Position numbers and translations under genes: made by a program. From Bacteroidia bacterium (lineage in GTDB: Bacteria; Bacteroidota; Bacteroidia; Bacteroidales; GCA-2748055), in contig DAOWDN010000091.1 of the NCBI GenBank assembly GCA_030639005.1, positions 15,110-79,109 of the forward strand: a DNA stretch of 64,000 bases. Reading direction: 5' to 3'. Within the stretch, counting starts at the first letter, position 1. Every line of letters begins with the position of its first letter. Below, one piece after another: positions 18,681 to 28,402 of this stretch. Below the pieces are notes generated by a model, which searched no databases, had not been told where the DNA came from, and worked only from the letters and a program-made list of their open reading frames with translations.

Positions 18681-19091
18681 TTAGGAAGTGATGGTAATTA
18701 CCAGGCGGCGCGATCCCCCATGGTTCCGGAACTCGCCCAGGTAGATTCCCTGCCAGGTACCCAAGTTCAACTTTCCATTGGTAATGGGGATGGTAACAGA
18801 ATTGCCTATGATGGAGGCCTTCAGATGTGCCGGCATATCATCGGCACCTTCATAAATATGGGAGTACAAAGGATGGTTTTCAGGGACCAGGTCATTCATA
18901 AACAACTCGAAATCGTCTCTTACCGAAGAGTCTGCATTCTCATTAAGCGTAAGGCCTGCCGAAGTATGCTGGATCAGTACATGCATGATCCCGGTATCGG
19001 GAAGTTCTCCCGCTGCCTCCACCACCCTTCGGGTAATAAGGTGAAATCCCCTGGGCATGGGTGATAAGGTGACTGTTTTCTGGGAGACCAT
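18681..19091 (-). CDS. yjbQ: YjbQ/UPF0047 family protein (secondary thiamine-phosphate synthase-like)
   Basis: 136 aa. ..ITRRV..GIMHVLIQHTSAGLTLNENADSSVRDD..H.YEGADDMPAHLK.. is the typical UPF0047 pattern. Confidence 0.85.
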   Translation of the reverse strand: MVSQKTVTLSPMPRGFHLITRRVVEAAGELPDTGIMHVLIQHTSAGLTLNENADSSVRDDFELFMNDLVPENHPLYSHIYEGADDMPAHLKASIIGNSVTIPITNGKLNLGTWQGIYLGEFRNHGGSRRLVITITS

Positions 19092-19181
19092 GGCACTATT
19101 TTAATGTTAATATTTCACAAAAATAGTTCTTAATTGCAGCAACCGGCTCTGTTTCCGCTGATTTTTTATCTACTTTTGGGC

Positions 19182-19856
19182 ATGTTTTTCGGGAAACAGA
19201 GGCTCCATTTGAGGTTGCTGCTGGGGATTGTTCTCCTGGTGGCAATATCGATGAATGCTGAGGGTCAGAGGAAAAGGGACCAGGATGAGAAACCGGACGA
19301 TGACCTGGTACAGTTCTCCGGTATCGTGAGGGACCTGCAGCACCGTCCCCTCCCTCATGTAAATATCATTATCCTGACCGAGAGACGGGGGACCACCTCC
19401 GACAGGCGGGGCATGTTCTCTTTTGTGGTGAGGCCCAACGATACGATTCTTTTCAGCCACATGGGGCACAAAGGGACCATCCATGTGATCCCTGACTCAC
19501 TGGGCGGACAGCAGTACCCTGCAGATATCTTCATGGTCAGCGACACTTTCCATCTGGCGGAAGTCAGGATCTATCCATGGAAAACTTACCAGGAGTTCAA
19601 AGAGGCTTTCCTGGCACTTGATCTGCCCGACGACGACGAGCAGCGGGCCTACCATAACATTGCCCTGATTAAAACACAGATCAAAATGAATGATTTTGGA
19701 CCCAGTCCAAACATCAATTTCCGGGAGGTGATGAAGCAGCAGTATAACCAGCTTTACACAGCCGGTCAGACCCCCTATTACACCATTTTCGATCCCATAC
19801 GGTGGGCCAAGTTCTTCGACGCCCTGAAACGGGGCGACTTCAAAGAGGATGATTAA
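19182..19856 (+). CDS. CarboxypepD_reg-like domain protein, function unknown
   Basis: ATG 19182 gives the signal/TM segment MFFGKQRLHLRLLLGIVLLVAISMNAEGQ. ..FSGIVRDLQHRPLPHVNIIILTERRGTTSDRRGMFSFVV.. is a carboxypeptidase-regulatory-like fold. The track start at 19134 is TTG. Confidence 0.55.
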   Translation: MFFGKQRLHLRLLLGIVLLVAISMNAEGQRKRDQDEKPDDDLVQFSGIVRDLQHRPLPHVNIIILTERRGTTSDRRGMFSFVVRPNDTILFSHMGHKGTIHVIPDSLGGQQYPADIFMVSDTFHLAEVRIYPWKTYQEFKEAFLALDLPDDDEQRAYHNIALIKTQIKMNDFGPSPNINFREVMKQQYNQLYTAGQTPYYTIFDPIRWAKFFDALKRGDFKEDD

Positions 19857-19888
19857 ATACTGCAGATCACCTCACATTGCGGCTAAAA

Positions 19889-21574
19889 CTAACGCAGCCC
19901 AATCTTCTTAAGCAGGGCATCGAATCGAAGATCATCAGCCCGAAGGGCATCAGAGCCTGCCCCGTACCAACAGATCCATGGGTCGCGTTCTTTGGCGGCT
20001 TTTTGCAGCCAGTGGAATGCTTCATCAATATTATTTCGAGCTGAGTAAATCCATACCAGAAAAGTTGCTGGCACGTATGTGCTTTCTGATCTTACCTTTA
20101 AACTTTCTAATAGCTCCTCTCCTCTTTTTACCCGGCCGGACAGAAAACAGGCACAGGCAAGTACCGCCTTTGCAATGGAGGCACTCCCTGAAAGCTCCAC
20201 TGCCTTTTCACCCGCTAAGACTGCCTCTTCGAACATTGATTCAGATATAAACCCAAAACAGAGCCAAAGTTGAGGTTGCCAGTAGCCAGGATCCTTTGCG
20301 ACAACCTGCTGCAGTCCCTCGATTGCTTCCTCACATTGACCCGCAAACATCAGAATCATCGAAACCCATGTATTAATCATACTCGAAAGAGGATCAAGTT
20401 TTTGGGCTTTCCCTGCGTGGACGAGTGCCTCCTCGAATCGTTTCTGATTTGTCAGAATTATGGCGTAGTTTGCGTAACCCAGTGCATTTGTTGGATCCAA
20501 TTCTATGGTTCTTTTGAACTCCCTGTCAGCAGCAGACCAGTTCCAATCATACGTTGCATAGATGACAGCCAGAGCGTTGTGGGCATCGGAAATGGAATCA
20601 TCAAGCTCAATTGCCTTTTGTGCAAACTCCCGTGATTTAGGGATCGCCTGACCCGGTGGCACATCTCCCCAGAATGCCAGGCTCTGGTGCCAGATAGAGA
20701 GTCCCACATATGCTAAAGCGTAGGTCGGGTCTATCTCGATTGCTTTCTGATAACATTCAATGCTTTTTTCCCATCCTTCCGAAGTCAGGCTGTTCCAGTA
20801 ATAGCGGCCCTTCAAATTGAGGCTGTAAGCCTCCAGGTTGTCCGTGTAGCGCTTCACCAGTTTATCTTTTTCTCCTCTCAATAGTTTTACTTTCAGATTG
20901 TCAACAATAGCCAGTGATATCTCATCCTGAATAGCAAAAATATCCTCCATATCCCGATCATATTTCTCCGACCATAGATGGTAACCGTCTGATACATTGA
21001 TAAGCTGGGCAGTAATCCGCAATTTGTTTCCAGCTTTCCGAATACTCCCTTCCAGTACCGAATGAACATTTAATTCTTTACCAATTTTACCAATATCATA
21101 TCCTTTTCCTTTAAATTGAAATGCCGAGGTTCTTGAAGCAACTTTTAGTCTTGCAACTTTAGTCAGAGCATTGATGAGTTCCTCAGCCATTCCTTCACAA
21201 AAATATTCCTGATCTTTTTGTGGACTCATATCCTGAAAGGGCAGAACAGCAATAGAATTCTCTAACCGGGAGGTGTTATCAGACAGTGAATAATCTTCCC
21301 CTGGTTCCTTATCCGGTTCAATGGATTCAGTTTTTACAATACCTTTCAGGCTGATATCAAATATCCATGAAAAAATGATGGCAAAGGGAAATCCGATAGC
21401 AAGAATTACTATCACCATAGTAGGTGTCCAGTCCGGCAATTGCAGAGGTTCAAACACATTATTTACCAATTCAATAATCACAAATGCAGCAGTGGCATAT
21501 ACAATGATTACCTGAATTACTTTACGGCGTTTCAGTTCTTGCCAGAACCGGGCAATTCTATTTTGGTGAATCAT
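19889..21574 (-). CDS. membrane-anchored TolB-N-like/TPR repeat protein (paralogue 1)
   Basis: 561 aa. The N-terminus is ..IARFWQELKRRKVIQVIIVYATAAFVIIELV.. with hydrophobic helices. This is followed by ..SIAVLPFQDMSP..DQEYFCEGMAEE.. (TolB-N-like) and a C-terminal TPR region. Confidence 0.75.
   Translation of the reverse strand: MIHQNRIARFWQELKRRKVIQVIIVYATAAFVIIELVNNVFEPLQLPDWTPTMVIVILAIGFPFAIIFSWIFDISLKGIVKTESIEPDKEPGEDYSLSDNTSRLENSIAVLPFQDMSPQKDQEYFCEGMAEELINALTKVARLKVASRTSAFQFKGKGYDIGKIGKELNVHSVLEGSIRKAGNKLRITAQLINVSDGYHLWSEKYDRDMEDIFAIQDEISLAIVDNLKVKLLRGEKDKLVKRYTDNLEAYSLNLKGRYYWNSLTSEGWEKSIECYQKAIEIDPTYALAYVGLSIWHQSLAFWGDVPPGQAIPKSREFAQKAIELDDSISDAHNALAVIYATYDWNWSAADREFKRTIELDPTNALGYANYAIILTNQKRFEEALVHAGKAQKLDPLSSMINTWVSMILMFAGQCEEAIEGLQQVVAKDPGYWQPQLWLCFGFISESMFEEAVLAGEKAVELSGSASIAKAVLACACFLSGRVKRGEELLESLKVRSESTYVPATFLVWIYSARNNIDEAFHWLQKAAKERDPWICWYGAGSDALRADDLRFDALLKKIGLR
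21465..21562. repeat. 98-bp block, 94/98 identical to 23261-23358 (5' ends of the two paralogues)
   Basis: By-eye alignment finds 4 mismatches. Identity falls sharply immediately 3' of the block. Confidence 0.85.
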
Positions 21575-23373
21575 TTTTCAATACCAATTCTTGTCAGAAA
21601 ATCTTTGAATCTCGGGTCCTGTAACAGATCTTCGAACCATAATTCGGCTTCACACCCCATCAATGCAACACCAAATTCATGATTCCTGTAGGCGATATCC
21701 AGCCACTCAAAAACCTTATCATTATTCTTAAGGCCTGCATAGATCAAACAGTATTCGAAAGCTCTGATATCCTCCTCTGTTTTAGCTAAACTATCTAATC
21801 TGTTCAGTTCACCAATTGCTGCTTCATGATTCCCTAATTTAGCATATGTAAGGCCCATCACTCCAGTAATATCAAAAAAAACTCCTGTCATTTCTCTCAC
21901 TTTCTCAAAATATTCAATCGCTAATTCATATTCTTTCATCCAAAAATAGACGTTGCCCATAAAAAAATAAGCAGGAGCGAAACCGGGATCCATATCAATT
22001 GTATATAAAAGCTGGTCTAATGCTTTCTGGTAGTCACCAGCCCAGGCATACATTACCGCAAGATCGCGATTGATAATTGGTGATCCGGGATCATATTCCC
22101 ATGCTTGCGTCATGTAGTGTATAGCTTCATCATGGCGGTTGAGGATGCTGAGCAGCAAAGCATACCAGTTGTTGGCAGTTGGATAATGCGGATTAAGATG
22201 AATGGCCTGCTTAAAAGAACGTTCAGATCCAAGCCAATCCCAATCATAAGTTAATTTAATAAAACCCAATGATGCATGGGCTTCAGCCAGTGTTTCATCA
22301 ATGGACAGGGCCTTTTCAGCGGCTGTCCTCCCCTTCCGAATAAATGATTCTGGCCTGCCTAAATGTATTGAAAGCATACAATAACAATCCGCCAGACCTG
22401 CATATGCAAGCGCATAGTCAGGATCAAGCTCAATAGCCCTTTCGAAGAACCCGAAAGCTTCATTGAATCCAACTTCGCTTCTCCTGTTCCAGGAGTATCT
22501 GCCTTTTAAAAAAAGGTTATAGGCCTCCTTGTTTTCAGTGAACCGTTTAACCAGTTCATTCTTTTCGCCACTCAGCAGTTTTACTTTTAGTTTGTCAACA
22601 ATAGCCAGGGATATCTCATCCTGGATAGCAAAAACATCTTCCAGTTTCCTTTCATATTTTTCCGACCACAGGTGATATCCATCCTCTATATTAATAAGCT
22701 GGGCAGTAACTCGTAAATGATCACCTGATTTGCGGACACTCCCTTCAAGAATAGCTTCGACATTCAGCTTTTTGCCAATTTCACGAATGTCCATATTCTT
22801 GCCTTTAAATGAGAATGCAGAAGTCCGGGCAACGACTCGCAGGTCGGTAATATGTGATAGAGCATTTATAATTTCTTCGGCCATACCCTCACAGAAGTAT
22901 TCCTGATCATTATTCGGACTCATATCTGCAAAAGGGAGGACCGCAATGGAAATTTTACCATCCGTATCCCTGATACCTTCAAACTTGTCTTTCCTGAATA
23001 TCTTTGGATAAGCTAATATCACTGCAGCAATGATCAACACTGCAATAATCACACCGCTTACTTTTACTCCTTTTTTAACAGGGACTGAAGGTGGTACTTG
23101 CTCTTTTGTAACTTCTATGGATTCAGTCTTTTTCACACCTTCCGGGCCAAGGTCATAAATCCAGGACAGGATAACCGCAATGATAAAACCAACACAAAGC
23201 AGCACAATAATAAATGCCACTGTCCACTCAGGTAATTTTAAGGGTTCTGTGATAATATCAACCAATTCAAGAATCACAAATGCAGCAGTGGCATATACAA
23301 TGATGACCTGAATTACTTTACGGCGTTTCAGTTCTTGCCAAAACCGGGCAATTTTATTAGGACCTGAGGCCAT
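21571..23373 (-). CDS. membrane-anchored TolB-N-like/TPR repeat protein (paralogue 2, with an extra hydrophobic segment)
   Basis: 600 aa with the same architecture as 19889-21574. It has an additional segment VKVSGVIIAVLIIAAVILAYPKIF. It overlaps the downstream paralogue by 4 bp. Confidence 0.75.
   Translation of the reverse strand: MASGPNKIARFWQELKRRKVIQVIIVYATAAFVILELVDIITEPLKLPEWTVAFIIVLLCVGFIIAVILSWIYDLGPEGVKKTESIEVTKEQVPPSVPVKKGVKVSGVIIAVLIIAAVILAYPKIFRKDKFEGIRDTDGKISIAVLPFADMSPNNDQEYFCEGMAEEIINALSHITDLRVVARTSAFSFKGKNMDIREIGKKLNVEAILEGSVRKSGDHLRVTAQLINIEDGYHLWSEKYERKLEDVFAIQDEISLAIVDKLKVKLLSGEKNELVKRFTENKEAYNLFLKGRYSWNRRSEVGFNEAFGFFERAIELDPDYALAYAGLADCYCMLSIHLGRPESFIRKGRTAAEKALSIDETLAEAHASLGFIKLTYDWDWLGSERSFKQAIHLNPHYPTANNWYALLLSILNRHDEAIHYMTQAWEYDPGSPIINRDLAVMYAWAGDYQKALDQLLYTIDMDPGFAPAYFFMGNVYFWMKEYELAIEYFEKVREMTGVFFDITGVMGLTYAKLGNHEAAIGELNRLDSLAKTEEDIRAFEYCLIYAGLKNNDKVFEWLDIAYRNHEFGVALMGCEAELWFEDLLQDPRFKDFLTRIGIEK
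23261..23358. repeat. 98-bp block, partner of 21465-21562
   Basis: See the partner feature; the offset is 1796 bp. Confidence 0.85.
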
Positions 23374-23426
23374 GATGGTTTTGAAATATCTATTAAGATA
23401 TAAAATCTGAATGGGTAGATCAAGTT

Positions 23427-23448
23427 AGGGAATTATTGTGCATACCCC
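23427..23448 (+). repeat. 22-bp direct repeat AGGGAATTATTGTGCATACCCC (copy 1)
   Basis: Identical to 23851-23872. Both copies are followed by an AATAAT-containing tail. Confidence 0.9.
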
Positions 23449-23599
23449 AATAATACCTGATGCTTTCCCTGCATGGCTGGCTGGGCCTGAAGTTCAAGTA
23501 TTCAGCAAGTGATAAGCAATAAAAAATGGGGATACTTTCTTAAGATTTTGCTCAACGGCGTAGTGTATGAAAACTGGGTTGTCCATTTCAGGAAATCCG

Positions 23600-23768
23600 G
23601 AAGTCACAAGCTTGTGAGTTTTTCCCAATGTGTGACTTCTAGCTTCATTTGCATATGCTTAGTTGTTATTATAATAGACTGCATAACAGTGTTTTACAAG
23701 GATGCGGAAGATACGTAATCATTATTCAGGAGTCACATCTCTGTGAAGAAGTCACTACCCTGTGACTT
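23600..23768. promoter_or_regulatory. array of inverted repeats built on the half-site GTCACA/TGTGAC
   Basis: TCACAAGCTTGTGA is at 23604-23617 and TCACATCTCTGTGA at 23733-23746. GAAGTCACA (23600-23608) pairs with TGTGACTTC (23631-23639). AAGTCAC-N6-GTGACTT is at 23749-23768. Confidence 0.5.
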
Positions 23769-23850
23769 GCAAAAAACCGAAAATGGGATAGGTAGGAGGC
23801 CTGAAAGTAACACAGCATGTATTCCGATGCAGCTCAATAATGGGGTCCAA

Positions 23851-23872
23851 AGGGAATTATTGTGCATACCCC
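23851..23872 (+). repeat. 22-bp direct repeat AGGGAATTATTGTGCATACCCC (copy 2)
   Basis: Identical to 23427-23448 and 424 bp downstream of it. It overlaps the GTG at 23862 that opens the long ORF. Confidence 0.9.
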
Positions 23873-23897
23873 TAAAATAATCAAACCCAAAACCAAG

Positions 23898-26465
23898 ATG
23901 AGTTTGTATGTCCTGAAACGAATGGTATTGTTGGAACATTGTTTCCAGTACAATTTTCCAACACTTTCGTTAGTTAGTATTATATTCGGAAAACTTCTGA
24001 TTGTGAATATCCGCCTGCTTCTGTTTTCACTAATACTGATCGTCGCTACAGCAGTGAACGGACAGGAAAGAGGTATGCTGACCGGGAGTGTAAAGGACAG
24101 CATTGGCGATCCGGTGGACCTGGCCAATGTGGCCCTGCTTGGAACCGGGGAAGGGACCATGACAAAACCTGATGGCAGCTATGAACTGGAGATTCCTGCT
24201 GGCCGCTCCTACACCGTGGTGATCTCGTGCGTGGGATACCGGACCAAGCAGTTTGCTGTCCGCCTCAATCCGGGAGAATCAAGAAACCAGGAGATCTCCC
24301 TTCAGAGAGATATAAGGTCCATCAATGAAGTATCGGTTACCGCCCGCCAGGAAAGGGCCAGTACGTTTCAACGCATTAATGTGGAGGAGCTGAATTACAT
24401 GCCCACCTCAATAGGAAAAGTTGAAACCATCATAAAATCCCAGGCCGGAGTCAGTTCAAACAATGAATTAAGTTCCCAATACTCCGTAAGGGGCGGAAAC
24501 TTCGATGAAAACCTGGTCTATGTGAACGATATAGAGATCTACAGACCCTTCCTGGTTCGTTCAGGGCAACAGGAGGGACTGAGTTTTGTAAATTCCGACC
24601 TGGTATCGTCCATCAAGTTTTCAGCCGGGGGATACGATGCGAGGTACGGTGATAAGATGTCTTCGGCACTTGATATCACCTACAAGAGGCCACGTCAATT
24701 TCGGGGATCAACCTCAGTCAGTCTGCTGGGTGCCTCTGCACACCTGGAAGGAGCATCCAAAACACAACGCTTTACCTTCCTGGCCGGATACCGTTACAAA
24801 ACCACCTCCTACCTGTTGAATACCCTGGAAACAAGCGGGGATTATAAACCACAGTTTTCCGACTTCCAAACCCTCCTCACCTACCAGCTCACGCGAAAAA
24901 TGGAGATCTCTTTCCTGGGCAACTACTCCTCCAACATATACCAGTTTGTTCCTGCCACCCGGAATACGCAATTTGGTACCAAGGATCTGCCCCTCAACCT
25001 GAAAATCTACTATGATGGCCAGGAGGTGGACCAGTTCGATACCTACCTCGGGGCTCTTTCACTCCGCTGGACACCAGTGAAGGGCCTGTCGCTGAAAGTA
25101 ATCGGATCAGCATTCCGAACCTCCGAAGAGGAGACCTTCGACATCATGGGGCAATACTGGATCAATGAACTTGACAACACCGTCAACTCTGAAACTTATG
25201 GCGATTCCATTCTCAATATAGGCGTGGGCACAGTACTTTCACATGCCCGTAACTACCTGGATGCCATTGTGATATCAGGCTCGCACCTGGGAAGCTACCA
25301 GACCGGCAACATGCACCTGCAATGGGGAATCAACTACCAGTACCAGGACTTTTACGACCACATAAACGAGTGGGAACTGATCGACTCTGCCGGTTATGTG
25401 ATTCCGTATGACGGAAAGGAACTGATCCTGACTAAATCGAGGAGATCTGAGAACAAAATAGCCTACGACCAGTTCAGCGGTTTTATCCAGAATACACTGG
25501 AAATCAACAACGAAAAGGCCGATTTTTTTGTTACCACCGGGATCCGCGGTACCGTATGGAACTTCAACCGGACCACCATGATTAGTCCGCGTGTTACCGT
25601 CAGCACCCAGCCCAACTGGAAGCGTGATATGATGTTTCACTTCTCAGCCGGGTACTTTTACCAACCCCCCTTTTACAAAGAGATGCGGATGCCCGACGGG
25701 ACGGTCAATTATGATATCGAGCCTCAGCGTTCCATTCACGTTTTAATGGGAGGCGATTACATATTTTCCCTATGGGACAGACCATTTAAGCTGACCGGAG
25801 AAGCGTGGTATAAATGGCTCAATAACCTGATTCCCTATAAGATAGAAAATGTCAGATTATCCTATGCGGGAGAGAATATCTCCGAGGGCTTTGCACGGGG
25901 TATCGATTTCAAGCTAAACGGGGAGTTTGTACATGGAGCAGAATCGTGGCTCACCCTCTCCCTGCTGCAAACCAGGGAAGATGTGGAAGGCGATGTACTG
26001 CTCGAATGGAACGGAAGTGAATTTATCCGGAAGCCTGCAGGTGAGTTCCCCAGGCCCACCGACCAGTTATTTACCTTCGGACTCTATTTCCAGGATTACT
26101 TCCCCAACAATCCGGGATACAAAGTGCATCTGAATGCATTCTACGGCAGCGGCCTTCCCCTGAGCAGTCCCAACGAAGAGCAATACTATACCAACCTTCG
26201 AATGCACCCCTACCGCAGGGTCGACATCGGATTTTCAAAGGTGATCAAAAGGGAAACAGATCTCTGGGGCGAACGAAACCCACTCCGTTTTTTTGAAAGT
26301 ATCTGGCTCAGTGCAGAAATCTTTAACCTACTCGGTATCAACAACGAGGCATCCTACCTGTGGGTCAGGACCATCTCCGATCAGCGTGGTATCCCGGGCA
26401 TGTTCGGGATTCCCAACTACCTCACCGGCCGCAGGTTCAACTTCAAAATCTCCGTAAGCTTTTAA
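23898..26465 (+). CDS. TonB-dependent receptor with N-terminal CarboxypepD_reg domain
   Basis: ..LTGSVKDSIGDPVDLANVALLG..TKPDGSYELEIPAG.. is followed by a plug and barrel, ending ..FNFKISVSF. The start is ambiguous: GTG 23862, ATG 23898, ATG 23922, or GTG 24003. GTG 24003 gives the clean signal peptide MNIRLLLFSLILIVATAVNGQ. Confidence 0.85.
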   Translation: MSLYVLKRMVLLEHCFQYNFPTLSLVSIIFGKLLIVNIRLLLFSLILIVATAVNGQERGMLTGSVKDSIGDPVDLANVALLGTGEGTMTKPDGSYELEIPAGRSYTVVISCVGYRTKQFAVRLNPGESRNQEISLQRDIRSINEVSVTARQERASTFQRINVEELNYMPTSIGKVETIIKSQAGVSSNNELSSQYSVRGGNFDENLVYVNDIEIYRPFLVRSGQQEGLSFVNSDLVSSIKFSAGGYDARYGDKMSSALDITYKRPRQFRGSTSVSLLGASAHLEGASKTQRFTFLAGYRYKTTSYLLNTLETSGDYKPQFSDFQTLLTYQLTRKMEISFLGNYSSNIYQFVPATRNTQFGTKDLPLNLKIYYDGQEVDQFDTYLGALSLRWTPVKGLSLKVIGSAFRTSEEETFDIMGQYWINELDNTVNSETYGDSILNIGVGTVLSHARNYLDAIVISGSHLGSYQTGNMHLQWGINYQYQDFYDHINEWELIDSAGYVIPYDGKELILTKSRRSENKIAYDQFSGFIQNTLEINNEKADFFVTTGIRGTVWNFNRTTMISPRVTVSTQPNWKRDMMFHFSAGYFYQPPFYKEMRMPDGTVNYDIEPQRSIHVLMGGDYIFSLWDRPFKLTGEAWYKWLNNLIPYKIENVRLSYAGENISEGFARGIDFKLNGEFVHGAESWLTLSLLQTREDVEGDVLLEWNGSEFIRKPAGEFPRPTDQLFTFGLYFQDYFPNNPGYKVHLNAFYGSGLPLSSPNEEQYYTNLRMHPYRRVDIGFSKVIKRETDLWGERNPLRFFESIWLSAEIFNLLGINNEASYLWVRTISDQRGIPGMFGIPNYLTGRRFNFKISVSF

Positions 26466-26469
26466 AGTA

Positions 26470-27027
26470 CTATTTGCATCTTCCTGACACCAGGAATTTG
26501 CTGATTTCCATGCGGGTACGATCCATTGTCTCCCGGGCAGCCACATCATTAGGTAACTGTGCAACATCTCCCTTATAACCGATGGCCATCATTGCCATGG
26601 GTTCATACCGGGTGGGTATCACCAGTTCTTCTTTGGCACGATCCACATCATATCCGCTAGCCTGGTGAACCAGCAGGCCCATGTGGGTGGCTTGCAGCAA
26701 CAGGTTCCCTACAGCCATCCCCGCTTCGTAGAAAGCAAGCCTGTTGGGCCTGTTCTTGTAAGTGGAGATGATCTGGGTAAGTGGCAGCACCAACAGGGGA
26801 GCGGTGGTTGCCCATACCTGATTCTGTTCACTTAGCAGGCTAAGAAGCACCTTGTAATCAGGCATATCCCTGGTAGCAAAAATAAAGCGCCAGGGCTGTG
26901 CATTCATGCTGGAGGGTGCCCACCTGGCAGCCTCAAAAAGGAGGTGGATGGTGTCATACTCCACCGGGCGGGAGTCGAAGGCCACCGGACTCCATCGGTC
27001 CGTGATAAGTTTGTTCAGTTTATCCAT
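26470..27027 (-). CDS. nitroreductase family protein
   Basis: 185 aa. ..RWSPVAFDSRPV.. and ..AARWAPSSMNAQPWRFI.. are classic nitroreductase motifs. Confidence 0.85.
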   Translation of the reverse strand: MDKLNKLITDRWSPVAFDSRPVEYDTIHLLFEAARWAPSSMNAQPWRFIFATRDMPDYKVLLSLLSEQNQVWATTAPLLVLPLTQIISTYKNRPNRLAFYEAGMAVGNLLLQATHMGLLVHQASGYDVDRAKEELVIPTRYEPMAMMAIGYKGDVAQLPNDVAARETMDRTRMEISKFLVSGRCK

Positions 27028-27139
27028 GTTTTGCTGATAAGAAAGTGAGTATTATTACCATTAATAACAGTCATACCTTGAGATATGTTTTATTACCTTT
27101 ATGACTTCGTTTTATTATTCACTACAATATCGTCTAATT

Positions 27140-28351
27140 ATGAATACAAAAGACTACATCCAGCGAGAAGACAAGTATGGTGCACACAACTACCACCCGC
27201 TTCCCGTGGTGCTTGACCGTGGAGAAGGGGTGTATGTATGGGATGTAGAAGGCAGGAGGTACTATGATTTTCTTTCGGCTTATTCAGCTGTTAACCAGGG
27301 GCATTGCCACCCGAAGATCGTGGGTGCGATGACTGAGCAGGCCTCAAAGCTTACTCTCACCTCCAGGGCATTCTACAGCAGCATGCTGGGTGAATTTGAA
27401 GAATATATTACCAGTTATTTCGGCTATGACAAGGTGCTTCCCATGAATTCAGGAGCTGAGGGGGATGAGACTGCACTGAAACTCTGTCGCAAATGGGGCT
27501 ATGAGAAGAAAGGAATTCCCGAAAATGAAGCAAAGATCATTGTATGTGAAGGCAATTTCCATGGCCGGACCATCACCATCATCTCCATGTCGACTGATCC
27601 TGATTCCTACAAAGGATTCGGACCCTATACTCCCGGGTTTGTCACCATTCCCTACAACGACACCAAAGCGCTGGCTAAGGCACTTGAAGATCCCAATGTG
27701 GCCGGTTTCCTGGTGGAACCCATCCAGGGTGAAGCCGGGGTATATGTTCCCGACAGTGGCTTCCTGAGCAAAGCGTATGAGCTGTGTAAAAATAAAAATG
27801 TACTCTTCATTGCCGACGAAGTTCAAACCGGACTGGCCAGGACAGGGAAACTGCTTGCCTGTGACCACGAAGAGGTTCGTCCCGATATCCTGATCCTGGG
27901 CAAAGCACTCTCAGGAGGTGTCTACCCGGTATCGGCTGTACTGGCTGACGACGACATCATGCTCTGCATTCGCCCAGGAGAGCACGGATCGACCTATGGT
28001 GGAAATCCTGTGGCTGCCAAAGTGGCCATCGCTGCACTGGAGGTGATCAGGGAGGAGAAACTCTCGGAACGTGCTGAAGATCTGGGTGAGAAATTCAGAG
28101 CCGAATTGAGAAAAATTGACTCTCCCATGGTTGAACTGGTCAGGGGCAAAGGCCTGCTCAATGCCATTGTAATCAAACCCACCAACGGCAAAACCGCCTG
28201 GGATGTTTGCGTGGCACTGAAAGAGAACGGACTGCTGGCCAAACCCACCCACGAGCACATCATCCGTTTCGCTCCTCCCCTGGTGATCACCGAAGAACAG
28301 CTGATGGAGTGTGCAGAAATCATAGGCAAAACCATTAAGGAATTCAGCTAA
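27140..28351 (+). CDS. rocD: ornithine aminotransferase
   Basis: [61 protein letters not shown].. and ..[12 protein letters not shown].. are present. ATG 27140 is preferred over the upstream ATG 27101. Confidence 0.9.
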   Translation: MNTKDYIQREDKYGAHNYHPLPVVLDRGEGVYVWDVEGRRYYDFLSAYSAVNQGHCHPKIVGAMTEQASKLTLTSRAFYSSMLGEFEEYITSYFGYDKVLPMNSGAEGDETALKLCRKWGYEKKGIPENEAKIIVCEGNFHGRTITIISMSTDPDSYKGFGPYTPGFVTIPYNDTKALAKALEDPNVAGFLVEPIQGEAGVYVPDSGFLSKAYELCKNKNVLFIADEVQTGLARTGKLLACDHEEVRPDILILGKALSGGVYPVSAVLADDDIMLCIRPGEHGSTYGGNPVAAKVAIAALEVIREEKLSERAEDLGEKFRAELRKIDSPMVELVRGKGLLNAIVIKPTNGKTAWDVCVALKENGLLAKPTHEHIIRFAPPLVITEEQLMECAEIIGKTIKEFS

Positions 28352-28359
28352 CTGAATTA

Positions 28360-28401
28360 GGCGTAAGCTGAAAGGCGTAAGCTGAAAGGCGTAAGCTGAA
28401 A
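28360..28401 (+). repeat. perfect tandem repeat, 3 x 14 bp (GGCGTAAGCTGAAA)
   Basis: Read directly from the sequence. It starts 9 bp after the rocD stop. Confidence 0.95.
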
Positions 28402-28402
28402 G

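Noticed and set aside
23438-23512. 24-codon ORF (GTG..MHTPIIPDAFPAWLAGPEVQVFSK) starting inside repeat copy 1 with the same first four codons as the long receptor ORF
   Set aside because: It exists only because the 22-bp repeat contains GTGCATACC. There is no independent coding evidence. The receptor itself more probably starts downstream, at 23898 or 24003.
23401-23900. Possible TPP or cobalamin riboswitch upstream of the TonB-dependent receptor
   Set aside because: Short strings resemble riboswitch cores (GGGAA..GUGC..ACCCC..ACCUGAU..CCCUGC). However, the obligatory CUGAGA element of TPP riboswitches and the B12 box (GCCACUG-like) are both absent. The expected helices cannot be drawn. An Infernal/Rfam scan would settle it.
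28360-28401. Tandem 14-bp repeat considered as a CRISPR or other array
   Set aside because: The units are contiguous with no spacers, only three copies are present, and no cas genes occur. It is a microsatellite-like repeat, not a CRISPR array.
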